Assembly (NCBI RefSeq): GCF_009914755.1
Contig: NC_060931.1
Length of the DNA stretch: 64,000 nt
Reading direction: 5' to 3' (one strand)
Origin: the human T2T-CHM13v2.0 reference genome, Homo sapiens
The notes beneath the pieces were generated by a model. It made no database searches, was not told the origin of the DNA, and saw only the letters and a list, made by a program, of their open reading frames with translations. Position numbers and translations under genes: made by a program. The number at the start of each line of letters is the position of its first letter. The stretch's first letter is position 1. Positions 26,306 to 44,072 of this stretch are shown in pieces.

Positions 26306-26321
26306 TGCTGCCCTCTAGAGT
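26306..26321 (-). promoter_or_regulatory. candidate CTCF motif
   Basis: minus strand ACTCTAGAGGGCAGCA, 14/16 to CCACTAGAGGGCAGCA; in non-repeat sequence. Confidence 0.35.
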
Positions 26322-26578
26322 GACACAAAAAGTTTACCTTCCACCAGACAAATATTTGAAGACAATAGTTGGCAAAAGGAATGAATAAGAGGTGTGTAAA
26401 GGGTTGTAATTCAACAGAAAAAAGCCTGAAATATTTGGTTTGGAGCCAAAAGCAGCACTCACTAAGCATGTGTTAATAGCAGGCTTGTGGCTTGAGACCA
26501 AGGGGAGAAGTTGACAGATGTCTCAGATTCTAGACAGGGACTTTTCTGGGAGGGTGCTGAGCCTCTTGGAATAATGGA

Positions 26579-26772
<194 letters not shown>

Positions 26773-26898
26773 TGAGACTACCAGGAGATGCTTGGGGAGA
26801 TCAGAGAGATTCCCAAGGATTCCCAAGGGGGATCAGTTAATACGTGCTTGTTGAGAGAATTAAGGACCGAAGACTCTTTGATCAAGAACAGAGGGCTT

Positions 26899-27197
26899 TC
26901 CAGGTGCAGTGGCTCACACCTGTAATCCCAGTGCTTTGAGAGGCTGAGGTGGGATATCTCTTGAGCCCAGGAGTTCAAGACCAGCCTGGGCAATGTAGTG
27001 AGATCCTATCACTATAAATATTAAAAAATTAGCTGGGTGTGGTGGTGCACTCCTGTAGTCAGTCCCAGCTACTTGGGAGGCTGAGGTGGGAGGACCCCTT
27101 GAGCCCAGGAGTTTGAGGTTATAGTGAGCTACAGTGGCACCACTACACTCCAGCCTGGGCAACAGAGCAAGACCCTGTCTCTAAACAAAACAAAAAA
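26899..27197 (+). mobile_element. AluJ
   Basis: dimer; TSD aagaacagagggct/aagcacagaggact. Confidence 0.9.
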
Positions 27198-27438
27198 GCA
27201 CAGAGGACTGAGGTAGCCTCCAGGGAATGTCTTCCTCATTGGGGAAGTGACAGAGACCAAAGGAGACATAAATACCACCCAACGTCACCTTGCATGGTCA
27301 GGTGACCAGGTCAGAGAAGACCCTGGGAAGAAATCCCACATGCTCGTAGCCACAGATGATGCAAATAATTGAGATTGTGGAAGGCAATACAATCTGGGGA
27401 ATGACAATGATAAAAAATAATAAAACTGATGAATACCT

Positions 27439-27819
27439 TGTATTAGTTTGCTAGGGTTGCGATAATAAAATACTGCAGGCTGGGTGACTTGAAGAACAGA
27501 AATTTATTTTCTCACCATCCTGAAGGCTAGAAGTTCGAGATCAGGGTGTCAGCAGGGTTGGTTTTTACTAAGGCCTCTCTCCATGGTTTGTAGTTGACCC
27601 TCTCCTCCTTATCTTCACATGATCTTCCCTTTGTGTGTCTGGGTCCTAATCTCTTCTCATAAGGACAGCAATCATATTGGATGAGGCCCTGCCCTTATGA
27701 CCTCATTTTAACTTAATTACCTCTTTAAAGACCCTATCTCCAAATACAGCCCCATTCTGAGTTAGGAGTCAGAGCTTCAACAGATGAATTTTGCAGGGGA
27801 CACAGTTGAGCCCATAACA
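27439..27819 (-). mobile_element. MLT1A0-like LTR
   Basis: tgtattagtttgctaggg...cccataaca. Confidence 0.85.
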
Positions 27820-27859
27820 CCCCCTAAAATCAAGGACCATGTCTTATATTTTTAATGAT

Positions 27860-28159
27860 TAATTGATATTTCTAGAGATAGGGTCTTGCTCTGTTGCCCA
27901 GGCTGGAGTTCAGTGGTGCAGTCACAGCTCACTGCAGCCTTAAACTTGTGGGCTTAACTGATTCTCTTGCTTCAGCTTCCTGAGTAGCTGGGACTACAGG
28001 CATGTGTCACCACACCCAGCTAACTTTTTAGATTTTTTGTAGGGATAGGGTGTCTCACTATTTTGCCCAGGCTGATCTCAAAATTCTAGCCTCAAGCTAT
28101 CCTTCTATCACAGCCTCCCAAAGTGCTGGGATAATAGGTGTGAGCCACCATGACTGGCC
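27860..28159 (-). mobile_element. AluJ
   Basis: reverse dimer. Confidence 0.9.
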
Positions 28160-29019
28160 TAGTTTTTTTTAAAAATACAGCTCATTCTCAAGCCTCAAAT
28201 GTAACTGGACTATGTTAACTGACCAGAAAAAAAAAATGGTCAGGAACCAGGCGCAAAGCATGCCTCATTTATTCTGTTGACATCTGATCACTTTTTCAGG
28301 ACTTACATTGACCCACAGTATCCTTCCAGGCTCTGTCTAAAAATACAGCTTGAGTTAATAACTCTCAGTAAACCACGAAGTATTTGTGAATGAAATTTAT
28401 CAAAACTCTGCAAATTAATTATTCATGCAGTTTCCATGTATAGAATGATAATCTTGTTTTTTTAAAATATTTTTCCTGGAAGCCTAGTTAGATTTTTTTT
28501 TTTTTTTTGGTCCAGTGGGAGGCAGATATATTAACAATTTTCAGGAGAGAAAGTTAATAATTCAATATGATGCATTATACTCAAACACATACAAATGTAT
28601 GTCTCTCAATATTTTAAGAGGTAAAGGAGGAAGTAATATGATATGTTATTTTACCATTAGGTCCTCTAGAGAAGGCAAAAGAAAGCCTTAACCAATCAAG
28701 AAAACTGCTGGAATTCTTTCTAAACTTCTTTGAAGCATGAATACTCAATATAGACATCTTTGTATTTTCCCTGTTGGATTTCTCAATTTAAATGGGCTTG
28801 AAGACTTGTTTCTTATTTCACTGGAGATATGAAGTATATGATGAAGCTTGCTGTTATACCCAAACATAAAATACCATACATTTTTAATCTCATATGCCTT
28901 TGAAAACCAAATTCATCAAAAACTTATTAATTCAAACTTGCCTTAGAGCTTATGATTGCCAACGGTTTTAAAAAGATTACAGTTTTGTTCTACATGCCTA
29001 TGGAGGAACCTTCATATTA

Positions 29020-29195
29020 TTAATAATAATGGCTAACATTTATAAAGCTTTTACTCTGAGCCAGGCACTCTGCTATGTATTTCACATTGCATCACCTTGT
29101 TTAATTCTCACAGTAACTTTATGAAGTAAGGGTGATTATTTCTCCATATTCCCAAAACTATAAATTACCCTCAGTCATGTAGCTAGAATGTGTTG
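29020..29195 (-). mobile_element. MIR
   Basis: aataataatggctaacatttat...gccaggcactctgct...ttaattctcacagtaac. Confidence 0.75.
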
Positions 29196-29201
29196 GCGCT
29201 G

Positions 29202-29526
<325 letters not shown>

Positions 29527-29860
29527 TTACAACCTGGATATTTGTGCAATTTTCCTGATAGCACTTGGTGATTTTGGAGGAAGAAAAGAGAAAATGAACA
29601 GTTGGATTGGCCCCAACATGGGGATTTACAGGCAGGGTGGTGGGAAAGTGGAGAGGCATGAACTTGCAAGTACTGGCTGCTATGTTGCTGGATGTTTACC
29701 TTGGATGTCAGGCTGGGCAGGAAAGCGATGGAGCCAAAGGTGGGGGTGGGGGATGAAGATCAGAAAGCATCAAGGTCAGAGCTCTAGATAATATTTAATA
29801 ATCATACTAATAAGGGCAGGCAGAAAACAAGAGGGCTGAACTGTCAAGGTGCATTTTAAA

Positions 29861-30422
<562 letters not shown>

Positions 30423-30539
30423 TAGGCTCAGCCCACAGAATCAACCCTTATTGGCTGCAAGCAGCTGCCAAACTAATCTCCTCCCATCCCCAGATTTTTG
30501 GAGTTTCAGTTAATTAAATGGAGATGGGTACACTGTTTT

Positions 30540-30986
<447 letters not shown>

Positions 30987-32749
30987 TGACCGCTCAGGAA
31001 GCCTGATTTGGATTCTCAGGTGCCAGTGACCCTTGGCTGTCCTTTGGCCTGATGTGAGGGTGGCGGGCCTGACACATGCCTCTGTCAGGACACTGAAGGT
31101 GCCTACCTTCCTCCAGCTGCAGCATCGATTCGTCTGTCTCAGCCCCACACCTGCCAATAACTGCAGCGCCACTCTCGGTGGGCTGCAAATGTCTAATGCA
31201 CTTGTCTCTGGGTTACGGGGAGTGTCAGGGACACCATCCTGGCAGTCCCAGCACTGAATCAATGAGGATCACCCACAGAATACTGAGTGTGCCAGAGGAC
31301 AGAGGGTCAGGGGAGAGGAAATAATTGCTTGCGGCTGTACAAAGGCCCCTGGCTGGGAGAATTAAGGAATATTTTTCTCTCCAAAGACTGTCTGTGAAAG
31401 ATGCAGACAGCAAATCTTCAAGAAGCATTCATAGGCATTCATAGTTTCTCTGCTCAATAGGGCCAGGAAGTCTCTGCTCTATCCGAGTGGTCTATATGGC
31501 CAGGACTGATTAAGGATAGTCACGAATCTTCCCTGCTCCTGCCCCCAAGACAGCTTGGTTTTTACATCTGCGCTGAGACATCCAGACAACCAGACCAGAA
31601 CTTTCTGGTTTCTTTCTGCTCTGTGATTCTGTGTCTAAAAGGTAACACCCTGGACTCAATTGAACATGCAGTATTGGATTTTTCTTTCCCTGAGTGAGTG
31701 AAAGTGCAATGGAGGTAAAAAGTGCCATTAGTCCTCTCAACTAGAGCCTTCACTCCGAAAAATGACTTTGCTTTTTGGCAAGAGGTTCCAAAAATAAAGT
31801 TGTAAAAAGTGATGTCTTCAGGGACTTTTAGGCTAGCAGAGTGACTCTAGACCATGACTACTCTAAACACCATTGCTCTTAAAAAAATTACTTACCAAAA
31901 AAAGCAAGGGCTCTCAGCTTTTTGACATTTCTTTAGTCTCTCAAAAATGCAAGCTTGCCAATGGTAGGGAGTGGTAATGTTGTAAGGCTCTGATGAGCTT
32001 CTCAATCAAAGACACACAGTCAGCCATTTCTGGTGGCCCTGGACTCTGTCCTTACTGGTTTGACCCAGTACACTCAACTGAGATTGTTTGACTTCTTAGA
32101 GAATTCCCAAGCTCCTGTGTTCTTGTATGCAGGACAGAATGACTGCCTCTATTGTAGATGAAAATCTACTACTTACAAAACCCCATTATTAGCTAATCAA
32201 CAACAATGTCACACATATACATGCAACTAACACTGGCACTTCAGAAGACAAATATACCTTTCCCTAAATCTACAACTGCAATGACACATTAAGGCATTTT
32301 GCTGAGTGCCCAAGAAGAGCAATTATTGACAAAAAGCATTTGCAAATCTCTCTAGGTGATGCTATGTCTTAATATAAAAGTGATCTTTTTTCCAATATGT
32401 GTTTTTTGTTAAAGCTGTAACAACATTAAGGTTATGAAAAACAGAAACAGTCAACTTATAATATCTTCACCTAAGCACAACTGTTATAAATAATACCATA
32501 AGTATGTCTTAGTCATAAATCTTTGTCCACTTTTCTGGTTATTTCCTGAGAATATATCCCTAGAGGAGGCAGGATTGGTTATGTGAGCAGAGGCATTTTT
32601 GAGATTATTGATACATTTTGCCAGATGACTTTCCAGAAATAGTAGTTTACCACCTCATTGTTATTTAATTTATATTTCTTTGAATATTAATGATCTTAAG
32701 TAATACTTTAAATATTTATTAGTTATGTATATATCTTCCTATGAATTAT

Positions 32750-32892
32750 TATTATTTTTATTATAAATTTTATTTTATAGAGACAGGGTTTCCCCATGTT
32801 GCCAAGGCTGGTCTTGAACTCCCGGGCTTGAGTGAGCTGCTCACCCTGGCCTCCCAAAGTGCTGGGATTACAGATATGAGCCACTTTGCCCA
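32750..32892 (-). mobile_element. FLAM monomer within old L1M fragments
   Basis: reverse left monomer; cct(a/g)tgaattatt on both sides. Confidence 0.8.
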
Positions 32893-33165
32893 TCCCCTGT
32901 GAATTATTTTTAATTTTTATTTATTTATTTCAGTTTCTACACACAACACTGACCTATAAATTACAGTCTTCTGTCCCTTTATCCGCTAGGGTCTTTATAC
33001 TTTTCAATCAATTTATAGAAACTGTTTATTTATTTATTTTTCTATTTTTTGATGTATATTATAGTAATTTACATATTTATGGGGTACATGTGCTTGTTAC
33101 ATGCATTGAATGTGTAATGATCAAGTCAGGGTCATTGAGGTATCCACCACCTTGTATGTTTATCA

Positions 33166-33312
33166 TTTTTATGGGTTGGTATTATTATTTTATGAGTTGG
33201 TATTATTTTATGGGTTGGTATTATTATTTTATGAGTTGGTATTATTTTATGGGTTGGTATTATTATTTTATGAGTTGGTGTTATTTTATGGGTTGGTATT
33301 TATGAGTTGGTA
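33166..33312. repeat. minisatellite, 19/22-bp units tttatg(g/a)gttggtatta(tta)t
   Basis: about 8 visible units with alternating G/A variants. Confidence 0.95.
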
Positions 33313-33349
33313 TCCTATCTTCCAGTTACTTTCAAAGATACATAATATT

Positions 33350-33700
<351 letters not shown>

Positions 33701-34349
33701 TTATTTCTTCTATCTGTGTGTTTGCACCCATAACCAACCTCTCTTCATTCCTCCCCCAGCCGTTCCCCTGTCTCTGGTATCTATCACTCCATTCTCTATG
33801 TCCATGAGATCAAGATTTTTAACTCCCATATATGAATGAGAACGTGTGGTATTTGTCTTTTTGTGCCTGGTTTATTTCACTTAACATAATAACCTCCATT
33901 TCTAGCTATGTTGCTGCAAACGATAGGATCTCATTCTTTCTTATAACTGAATAGTCTTCCCTTGTGTATATTTACCACATTTTTCTCTATCCATTTGTCT
34001 GTTGATGGGCATTTAGGTTGTTTCCATATCTCTGCTATTGTGAACAGTGCTGCCATGAACATGCAAATGCAGGTACCCCATTGATATACTGATTTCTTTT
34101 CCTTTGGGTAGATTCCCAGTAGTGGGATTGCTGGGTTGTAGGGTATAAACTTTTTTTTTTATTAAGGCTATCACTTGTTGCAAAAATTTTCCTGTTTGTC
34201 TTTTATTCTTATTAATGTTTTGGTATATACAGAACTTAAACATTTTTATGTATTCATATTTATCCAACAATCTGTATTATAGATGCTTGATAAATGCTAT
34301 ATATTATTTCTTTAATAATATGTATTATTCAATAATGATATATTCTTAT

Positions 34350-34640
34350 TTACATTATTAATATGAATATTCAATTATTCAATTATTAATATGAATATTC
34401 AATATTCAATTATTAATATGAATATTCAATTATTCAATTATTAATATGAATATTCAATTATTCGATTATTAATACGAATATTCAATTATTCAATTATTAA
34501 TACGAATATTCAATTATTCAATTATTAATATAACATTCCTATTAACAATATGAATATAAATATTTATATTAATATGACTATTTTATTGATATGAATAATA
34601 TTAATATTAATTAATAGTATGAATATTATTTCTCGAATAA
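34350..34640. repeat. AT-rich minisatellite/low complexity, ~28-bp unit gaatattcaattattcaattattaatat
   Basis: about 5-6 tandem units, then degenerate AT. Confidence 0.9.
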
Positions 34641-34644
34641 TATA

Positions 34645-35000
34645 TAGTATTTATCAAGCATCTATACTATGCTAGGCAATGTGCTTGAGGATTTATGCTT
34701 ATATTTGATTTGATCCTTATGACAAGCACTAGAGACAGGTGATAATATACCCATTATACAGATGAGACCATAATAATAATAAAGTAAGATAATAAAAAGA
34801 ATAATAATGATGGCTAATATTGAGGAATTACCATGCTCTAGGTATTGTAATAAGCACTTTAAATGCATTCTTAACTCATCTAATACTCAATACAACCCCA
34901 CAATGTAAGTATTATTTTGATTCTTATTTTATAAAGAAGAAAACTGAGGACAAAGAAACTGAGTTAATTGCTCAAGGATACACAGCTGGAAAGTGTGTCA
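34645..35000 (-). mobile_element. two tandem MIR fragments
   Basis: cccattatacagatgag; gaaaactgagg...ttgctcaaggatacacagctggaaagt. Confidence 0.7.
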
Positions 35001-35335
35001 AGCTAGTGGAGGGCAAAGAACTGGCCCCAAGTCACAGAACTGGTCAATGGTAATTGCATGATTCATCTCAGGGTCTAAATCCACAGCCTAGGCTTGCCAT
35101 TTTATGCTAAAATTCTTCCCTACTCAACCTTAACACTTGGCTTACCTTATGTTGTCCCGAGTTTCAGATCTATGTTTATATGATTCTTGTTGTCTTCCTT
35201 CTCTTATGTCTTTTGTTCCATGTATTATGTCCTACTTTCTTTCATCTGATACACAGCTTTGGAAGATAAACATCTTATGTTTTATCCCATGGAATGAAAC
35301 AACACAGTACTTGGAATTTTGCTACTTCAGTGCCA

Positions 35336-35831
35336 TGAAACCAGCCCAATTGTTTTACAGAACTAATGCTTATGGCTTCTTTTGAATAAACATAGAAATC
35401 AACCTTCCTAGTCTTGAAACTTGAGGAAGTTGCATTTGTCTTAGTTGAGTTCCTTACTCAGGAAACCAACCATTAGGCCTACCAGATAGTATCAAGGAAT
35501 GGAAACTTACCAGATCATTGCTTCTAGGCAAAAAGACACCAGACCCCTCATCCATCATGATTGCCTAAGCAACCACCTGCTTCCTGTGGACCAACTCCTA
35601 TTTCTTTCCCCTCCCTAATTCCTATTTTCCCACACATGATTACATTTCTTCCTTGCTATATAATCCCATAATTTTAGTTATCAGGGAGATGGATTTGAGA
35701 CTGATTTCCCATCTCCTTGGCTGCAGTACCCAGTTAAAGCCTTCTTCCCTGGCAATACTTGTTGTCTTAGTGACTGGCTTTCTGTGCAGTGAGCAACGGG
35801 ACCTAGACCAAACTCCTGGCATTTAGTAACA
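35336..35831 (+). mobile_element. ERV1 solo LTR (MER39/MER34-like)
   Basis: tgaaaccagcccaattg...gctatataa...gtaaca. Confidence 0.75.
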
Positions 35832-36289
35832 GATACACAATGTTCCAAACAAAGTACAATAAAAATAATATTTTAGACCATCCAGACTATGCTTTAAAGG
35901 GGACATTATGTCTCTAATGTGAATTATATACATCCGTTTTTTTTCTTTTGTGATGAAAGCTATGATCACTTCCAGAAGTCATGTTTCTATGCAATTAACA
36001 TAAAGTGAGTAGTTGGGACATTTAGACTTCTCCAATTTTTCTTTAGCAAAAACACATGAGACCAGGAAGAAGAGGACTGGGAGACAGAAAGAGCTGCCTA
36101 TGTGCAAAGGAAGAAACATATGCATAAAACACATTGCAAATCAAAGAACCAGCATGGAGTTAGGTTTTTAGGCAGTGGAGCAATGCTGTGTCCCATTCAC
36201 CTCCCGCAAATTCGACTATACACATCTCAGGGAGAGCATATGAGAATACGTTTGCCTGCTTCTTAGAATGTCAAATCATATTTTAGTTT

Positions 36290-37300
<1,011 letters not shown>

Positions 37301-37478
37301 AGTGAGAACAATTTAAATACTACGGACTATTTAAATATCAGGTCCACCTGCTGAATGTGTGCCCCAGCAGACTGTGTGTGAAGGGAGGTGTGAATCTGCT
37401 TCTTGATTTGTCTTCTGGTCCTAGGGCTACTCTGGGCTGAGTGTTCATCTTATGTTTCAAGAGATATATTTTTTCACA

Positions 37479-37803
<325 letters not shown>

Positions 37804-38539
37804 TCAGTGCAAGTCAATTATGTCATCTGGTACTCATTCAAAAAACAATAATTCTGTGTCAAAATATCACATGTGCCCCATACATATGTACAAATATTAT
37901 GTACCAATGAAAAACAATGTTTAAGAAATTGGAAGCCTATTTTAAAAGTCCCAAAAAACAAAACAAACCAAACACAAAAAGTGAAGTTCTGTCCTTGCAG
38001 GAGAAAACCTTGCCTGGTTGGACTTACTGAGAAATAGAATGTTAATCTCATTGGACAGACTTTTCAAGGGCCATTTTTACATGACACCGTTCTCATCTTA
38101 TAGGCTGACTTTAGAACCTACCCTCCTCCTAAGACACAACTCCACCATACTTAGATCAACTTTCAGAGGTTGAGTGAACCTTTCTGTTGCTTAGGAGACC
38201 TGAGGTGAGGTGTTTTGCTCTTGGCTGGGTTCCAGCTTCTTCTCCTCAACTGGAATTCCCAGAATGCTCTGCCACCAACAGTGCGCTATTTATGAGCAGT
38301 TGTTCCCACTTTAACCCAGGCCCTGCTTCTACCTAATGACATTTTTATACCTATTAGCTTTCTTTAATGGAAGAATCCAAGCATTGTAAATCCGGGCAGG
38401 CTTGGCATTAAATTTTCACTCTTCTCCTGCAATGTAAAAACCAAAGGCACATTCTTTACAGCTCTGAGCCTTGATCTCCTCATTTGTAAGTGATGGTGAT
38501 GATTCTCACCTTGTAAGGTAGTTTGAATCATTAATTGAG

Positions 38540-39083
<544 letters not shown>

Positions 39084-39155
39084 TGAAACACTTTTTAAAA
39101 AACTTCTTGACTTCCTATTTTTCTAGTTGCTATAGTTTGAATATTTGACTCTTCA

Positions 39156-39630
<475 letters not shown>

Positions 39631-39819
39631 AAGAGCCTGGCACCTCCCTCCTCTCTCTCTTGCTTCCTCTCTTGCCATGTGATGTCTGCACACATCAGCT
39701 CCCCTTCACTTTCCACCATGAGGGCAAGCAGCCTGCAGCCCTCACCAGGAGCAAATGCTTGTGCTGTGGTTCTTTGTAGCCCACAGAACTGTAAGCCAAA
39801 CAAACCTCTTTTCTTATCT

Positions 39820-40612
39820 TTTTTTAAAAGACAGTGTCTTGCTCTGTTGTCCAGGCTGTAGTACAATGGTGCAATCATAGCTTACTGTAGTTTTCAAGTC
39901 TTGTGCTCAAGGGATACTCCTGCCTCAACCTCCTGAGTAGCTGGGTCGTCAGGTATCTGCCACTGAAGGAAATAATGTATACAGTAGTCAATTTCCAAGA
40001 CAAAGCGCCTTAACTTGGCGCTTGGTAAGCAAGCTACAGAAGAAACAGGATATATTAGACCACTGCTTGGATAGCCAATACCTGCTTCTTGGCATCCCCA
40101 CCCCCTTAGTTGCCCTCATTCGAACCAAAAAAGTTTAGTCTAAGATAAAAGTTTACTAGCTGGCAAAATAGCCCCCTTTGTCTGTTCTTATCAGCCTGCT
40201 CAGCTACTTAGCTCAGAAGTCAAAAAGCCCCTGAACTAACTAGAATTGCAATGCATTGTGGACTGCAACAACATGCAGCAAGACAACACCCCCCCCAAAA
40301 AAAAAAAAAAAACCTAAAGCCCCTACCCAACAATCAATAGGCGATGTCCAGGAAGATTGTGATCCCATAGTACTCAGCCTATGAGGAACCAGAGGAGGGG
40401 CCTGCACGCTAGGGGATAAATTGCTTGTTGAAACTGTGCTGGGTGTGCCTGCCCATCAGACACCTGATCTTCCAAAACTGTCATTAAAAGTCTCACTTTC
40501 GCTGTTCTCCGGTTCTTTTCTCACAAAACCATGGCTGGTCAATCCTTCCTTCCTTCCTTTCTTCCTTCCTGCCTGCCTGCCTTTTCTTTTCCTTCTTTCT
40601 TTCTTTCTTTTT

Positions 40613-40682
<70 letters not shown>

Positions 40683-40930
40683 TTTTTTCTTTCTTTCTTT
40701 CCTTTTTTCTTTCTTTCTTCTTTCCTTCTTTCTTTCTCTTTCTCTCTCTCTCCTTCCTTCCTTCCTCCCTCCCTTCCTCCCTTCCTCCCTTCCTTCCTTC
40801 CTTCTGTTCATTTATTCATTGGGTCTCCCTATGTTGCCCAAGCTGGTATCAAACTCCCGGCCTCAAGAAATCCTCCTGCCTTGGCCTCTCAAAGTGCTGG
40901 AATTACAGGTGTAAACCATTGTGCCCAGCC
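39820..40930 (-). mobile_element. AluJ split by an LTR; linker expanded to (CTTT/CCTT)n at 40543-40803
   Basis: right arm 39820-39963, left arm about 40815-40930. Confidence 0.8.
39964..40525 (+). mobile_element. ERV1-type solo LTR (subfamily not resolved)
   Basis: tgaaggaaataatg start, ggataaat TATA-like box, attaaa, ends ctcaca. Confidence 0.7.
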
Positions 40931-41135
40931 TCTCTTTTCTATATAAGTTACCCAGCCTCAGGTACTCCTTTATAGCAACAGAAACAAAGACACTAGTTTT
41001 CCCCCTTCCTCTCTAGCCACAGCTTGTTTGGCTCATATTCTTCTATTTCAACCTCTAAATCAGTAGCCTCCCAATTTATATTAATTTCTATTTTAATCAG
41101 TTTTAATTTTAAAAATCTCATCCTCCAAAATTTCG

Positions 41136-41174
<39 letters not shown>
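41136..41174. repeat. (TG)n
   Basis: directly visible. Confidence 0.95.
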
Positions 41175-41177
<3 letters not shown>

Positions 41178-41494
41178 ATGGTAGACACAATATTTAAGCA
41201 CAGTAGCACAAGTACAAAATTTTAAATGAACATGTGCACTGGGGGTATAGACTAAAAATGTTTACTGATGGAGGTGAAATCAGAAACACTTTGGAGAGTG
41301 CCACTGCTCTAAGTGTTGCAAATCCTCAGGGCTTGACCACGGACCATCCTCTCTTATGCTTGTTCCCCTGGTGGTCACATCCATTTTCACTTATATGTCA
41401 ATAACTCCTCAATTTACATGCCATCCAGACCTTTCTTCTAAGCCATTATTCATGTATGCAACTTCTAATTTAATGATTCGCTGCTTTTCACTGA

Positions 41495-41825
<331 letters not shown>

Positions 41826-42247
41826 TCAACTAAACTCTTAATCATTTCAGCTGAATATGCTCTTCTTCCAGCTTTTCCTCTCAGTCGATGTCACATCCAT
41901 GTATGTTTGCTGGTTCCTTGAACACACCAAGTTGTTTCTGATGGCCATGTACTCATTCCTAGCATCTTCTTGGCCTCTAACGTCCACCTGCATATTTCTT
42001 GATTATCTTTCAAGTGTTAGCTGAAAGGTCACTCCTCAAGAGAGTCACTTTTCCTCTCCAGCATCTCATCCTCCTCTTCTGTTGGTACCTCCTCTTATCT
42101 CTTGATAAGACAGGCTGTCAAGGTATCTAATTTCCCCAATCCATTCCCAGAACCCTTCCAAGGAATTGGCACGTGACCAAGGTAAGCCCATCAGACTCTG
42201 TTCCAGAAATTTGAGTTTTTTCCAAGGGAGTAAAATTGTGAGAACGC

Positions 42248-42280
42248 TTTTCTTTTCTTTTTTTTTTCTTTCTTTCTTTT

Positions 42281-42336
<56 letters not shown>

Positions 42337-42729
42337 TCATTTCTTTACTTTCTTTCTTTCCTTTCTTTCTTCTTTCTTTTCTTTCCCTCCCTCCCTCCCT
42401 CTCTTTTTCTCTTTCCTTTCTTTCTTTCTTTTTCTCTCTCTCTCTTTCTTTCTTTCTTTTTTTTTTTTGAGTTGTAGTCTCTCTGTTGCCCAGGCTGGAG
42501 TATGGTGGCATAATCACACCTGGGCTCAAACAATTTTCCTGCCTCAGCCTCCTGAGTAGCTGGGACAACTGGCACATGCCACCACACCCAGCTAATTTTT
42601 TAAATTCTTTGTAGAAATGGGGTCTTGCTATGTTGCCTAGGCTGGTTTCCAACTCCTGGCCTGAAGAGATCCTTCCACCTTGGACTCCCAAAGTGTTGGG
42701 ATTACAGGCATGAGCTGCTGTGCCCAGAC
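42248..42729 (-). mobile_element. AluJ with a (CTTT)n-expanded tail
   Basis: microsatellite 42248-42468 then reverse Alu. Confidence 0.85.
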
Positions 42730-42759
42730 AGGAACATAATGTATAATATATATTATACA

Positions 42760-43125
42760 TAATTTTAATTTTTTAATTTTATGTATTATATATAATTTCA
42801 ATTTTTTATGTATTTTTGGTTAATAGTTTGGTTAATAGTTAAGGCGCAGGTGATTTTTGATTACGTGGATGAATTGCATAGTGATGAAGTCTCGGTTTCA
42901 GTATACCTGTCACCCAAATAGTGTACGTCATACCAAATAGGTGATTTTTTTCAATCTCTCATCCCCCTACCACCCTGCCCATTTGTGAGTCTCCAATGTC
43001 CATTATACCATTCTGTATGCCTTTGCATACCCATGGCTTAGCTCCTACTTATGAGTGAGAATATGCGGTGTTTGGCTTTCTGTTCCTGAGTTACTTTGGT
43101 TAGGATAATGACCTTCGGTTCCATA
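42760..43125 (-). mobile_element. L1PB/L1MA 3' end
   Basis: gaattgcatagtgatgaagtc...gagtgagaatatgcgg; caggaaca flanks. Confidence 0.85.
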
Positions 43126-43388
43126 CAGGAACACATTTCTTTCGATGGTGGTACCCTCAAAGTCTGCCCAGTGATTCCTGCTCCCAGATCCCAGAACTTC
43201 CATGGTTTTTATCCTTCCCATGGCTTAGTTGTTCAGCATTTACTTTGATTCTCTACCGCATCTCCTTTGAATAAATTCCTTATGCTTACATAAATTAGCA
43301 CTTTTCTACTGCTTACCCTCAATGAAGCCTAATTGATACACATTCCATGCTAAATTAGGCTGCACCTGTTATTGTGTTGCATAGCACC

Positions 43389-43859
43389 TCTATTAGTTTC
43401 CCAAGGCTGTCCCAAACAAGGTACACAAACTCGGTGCCTTAAAACAACAGCAATTTATTCTCTCATGGTTCTGGAAGCTAGAATTCCCAAATCAAGGGGT
43501 TAGCAGGACCATTCTTCCTCCAAAGCCTCTGGTGGAAGATCCTCGCCTACTTCTGCCTAGCCTTTGGTGGTCCCAGGTGTTCTCAGGCTGGTAGAAACAT
43601 AACTCCAATCTCTGATTCCATTCTCATATGGTCATCTTCCCTCTCAGCATCTCCATCGTCATATTGCATCCTCCTCTCTGTATCTCTCTTCTTAAAACAG
43701 CACAGTCATATTGGATTAAGAGCCCACTCTATTCCAGTATGACTTCATCTTAACTAATTATACTGCAATGACCCTATTTCCAAACAAAGTCACATTCTGA
43801 GGTGCCAGGGGCTTAGGATTCCAATATACCTTTTGGGGGACACAATTCAACCCATAACA
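43389..43859 (-). mobile_element. MLT1C-like LTR
   Basis: tattagtttcc...caacccataaca; TSD gcacc/gcatc. Confidence 0.85.
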
Positions 43860-43914
43860 GCATCCTATTTTTTTGCAGCATTTTCATTGTTTACAATTAT
43901 ATATATATATTTAA

Positions 43915-44072
43915 AACAAATTTTTAGAGATGGGGTCTTTCTGTGTTGCCCAGGCTGGAGTGCAGTGGCACAATCAGAGCTCACTGCAGCCTTGAACTCC
44001 TGGGCTTAAGCAATCCTTCTGTGTCAGCCTCCTAAAGTGCTGGGATTATAAGTGTGAGCCACCATACCCAAC
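43915..44072 (-). mobile_element. FAM/FRAM-type Alu monomer
   Basis: single long monomer; ttacaattat on both flanks. Confidence 0.8.

Noticed and set aside
33166-33312. Regular repeats as a CRISPR-like array
   Set aside because: No unique spacers, no cas genes, primate L1 context; it is a minisatellite.
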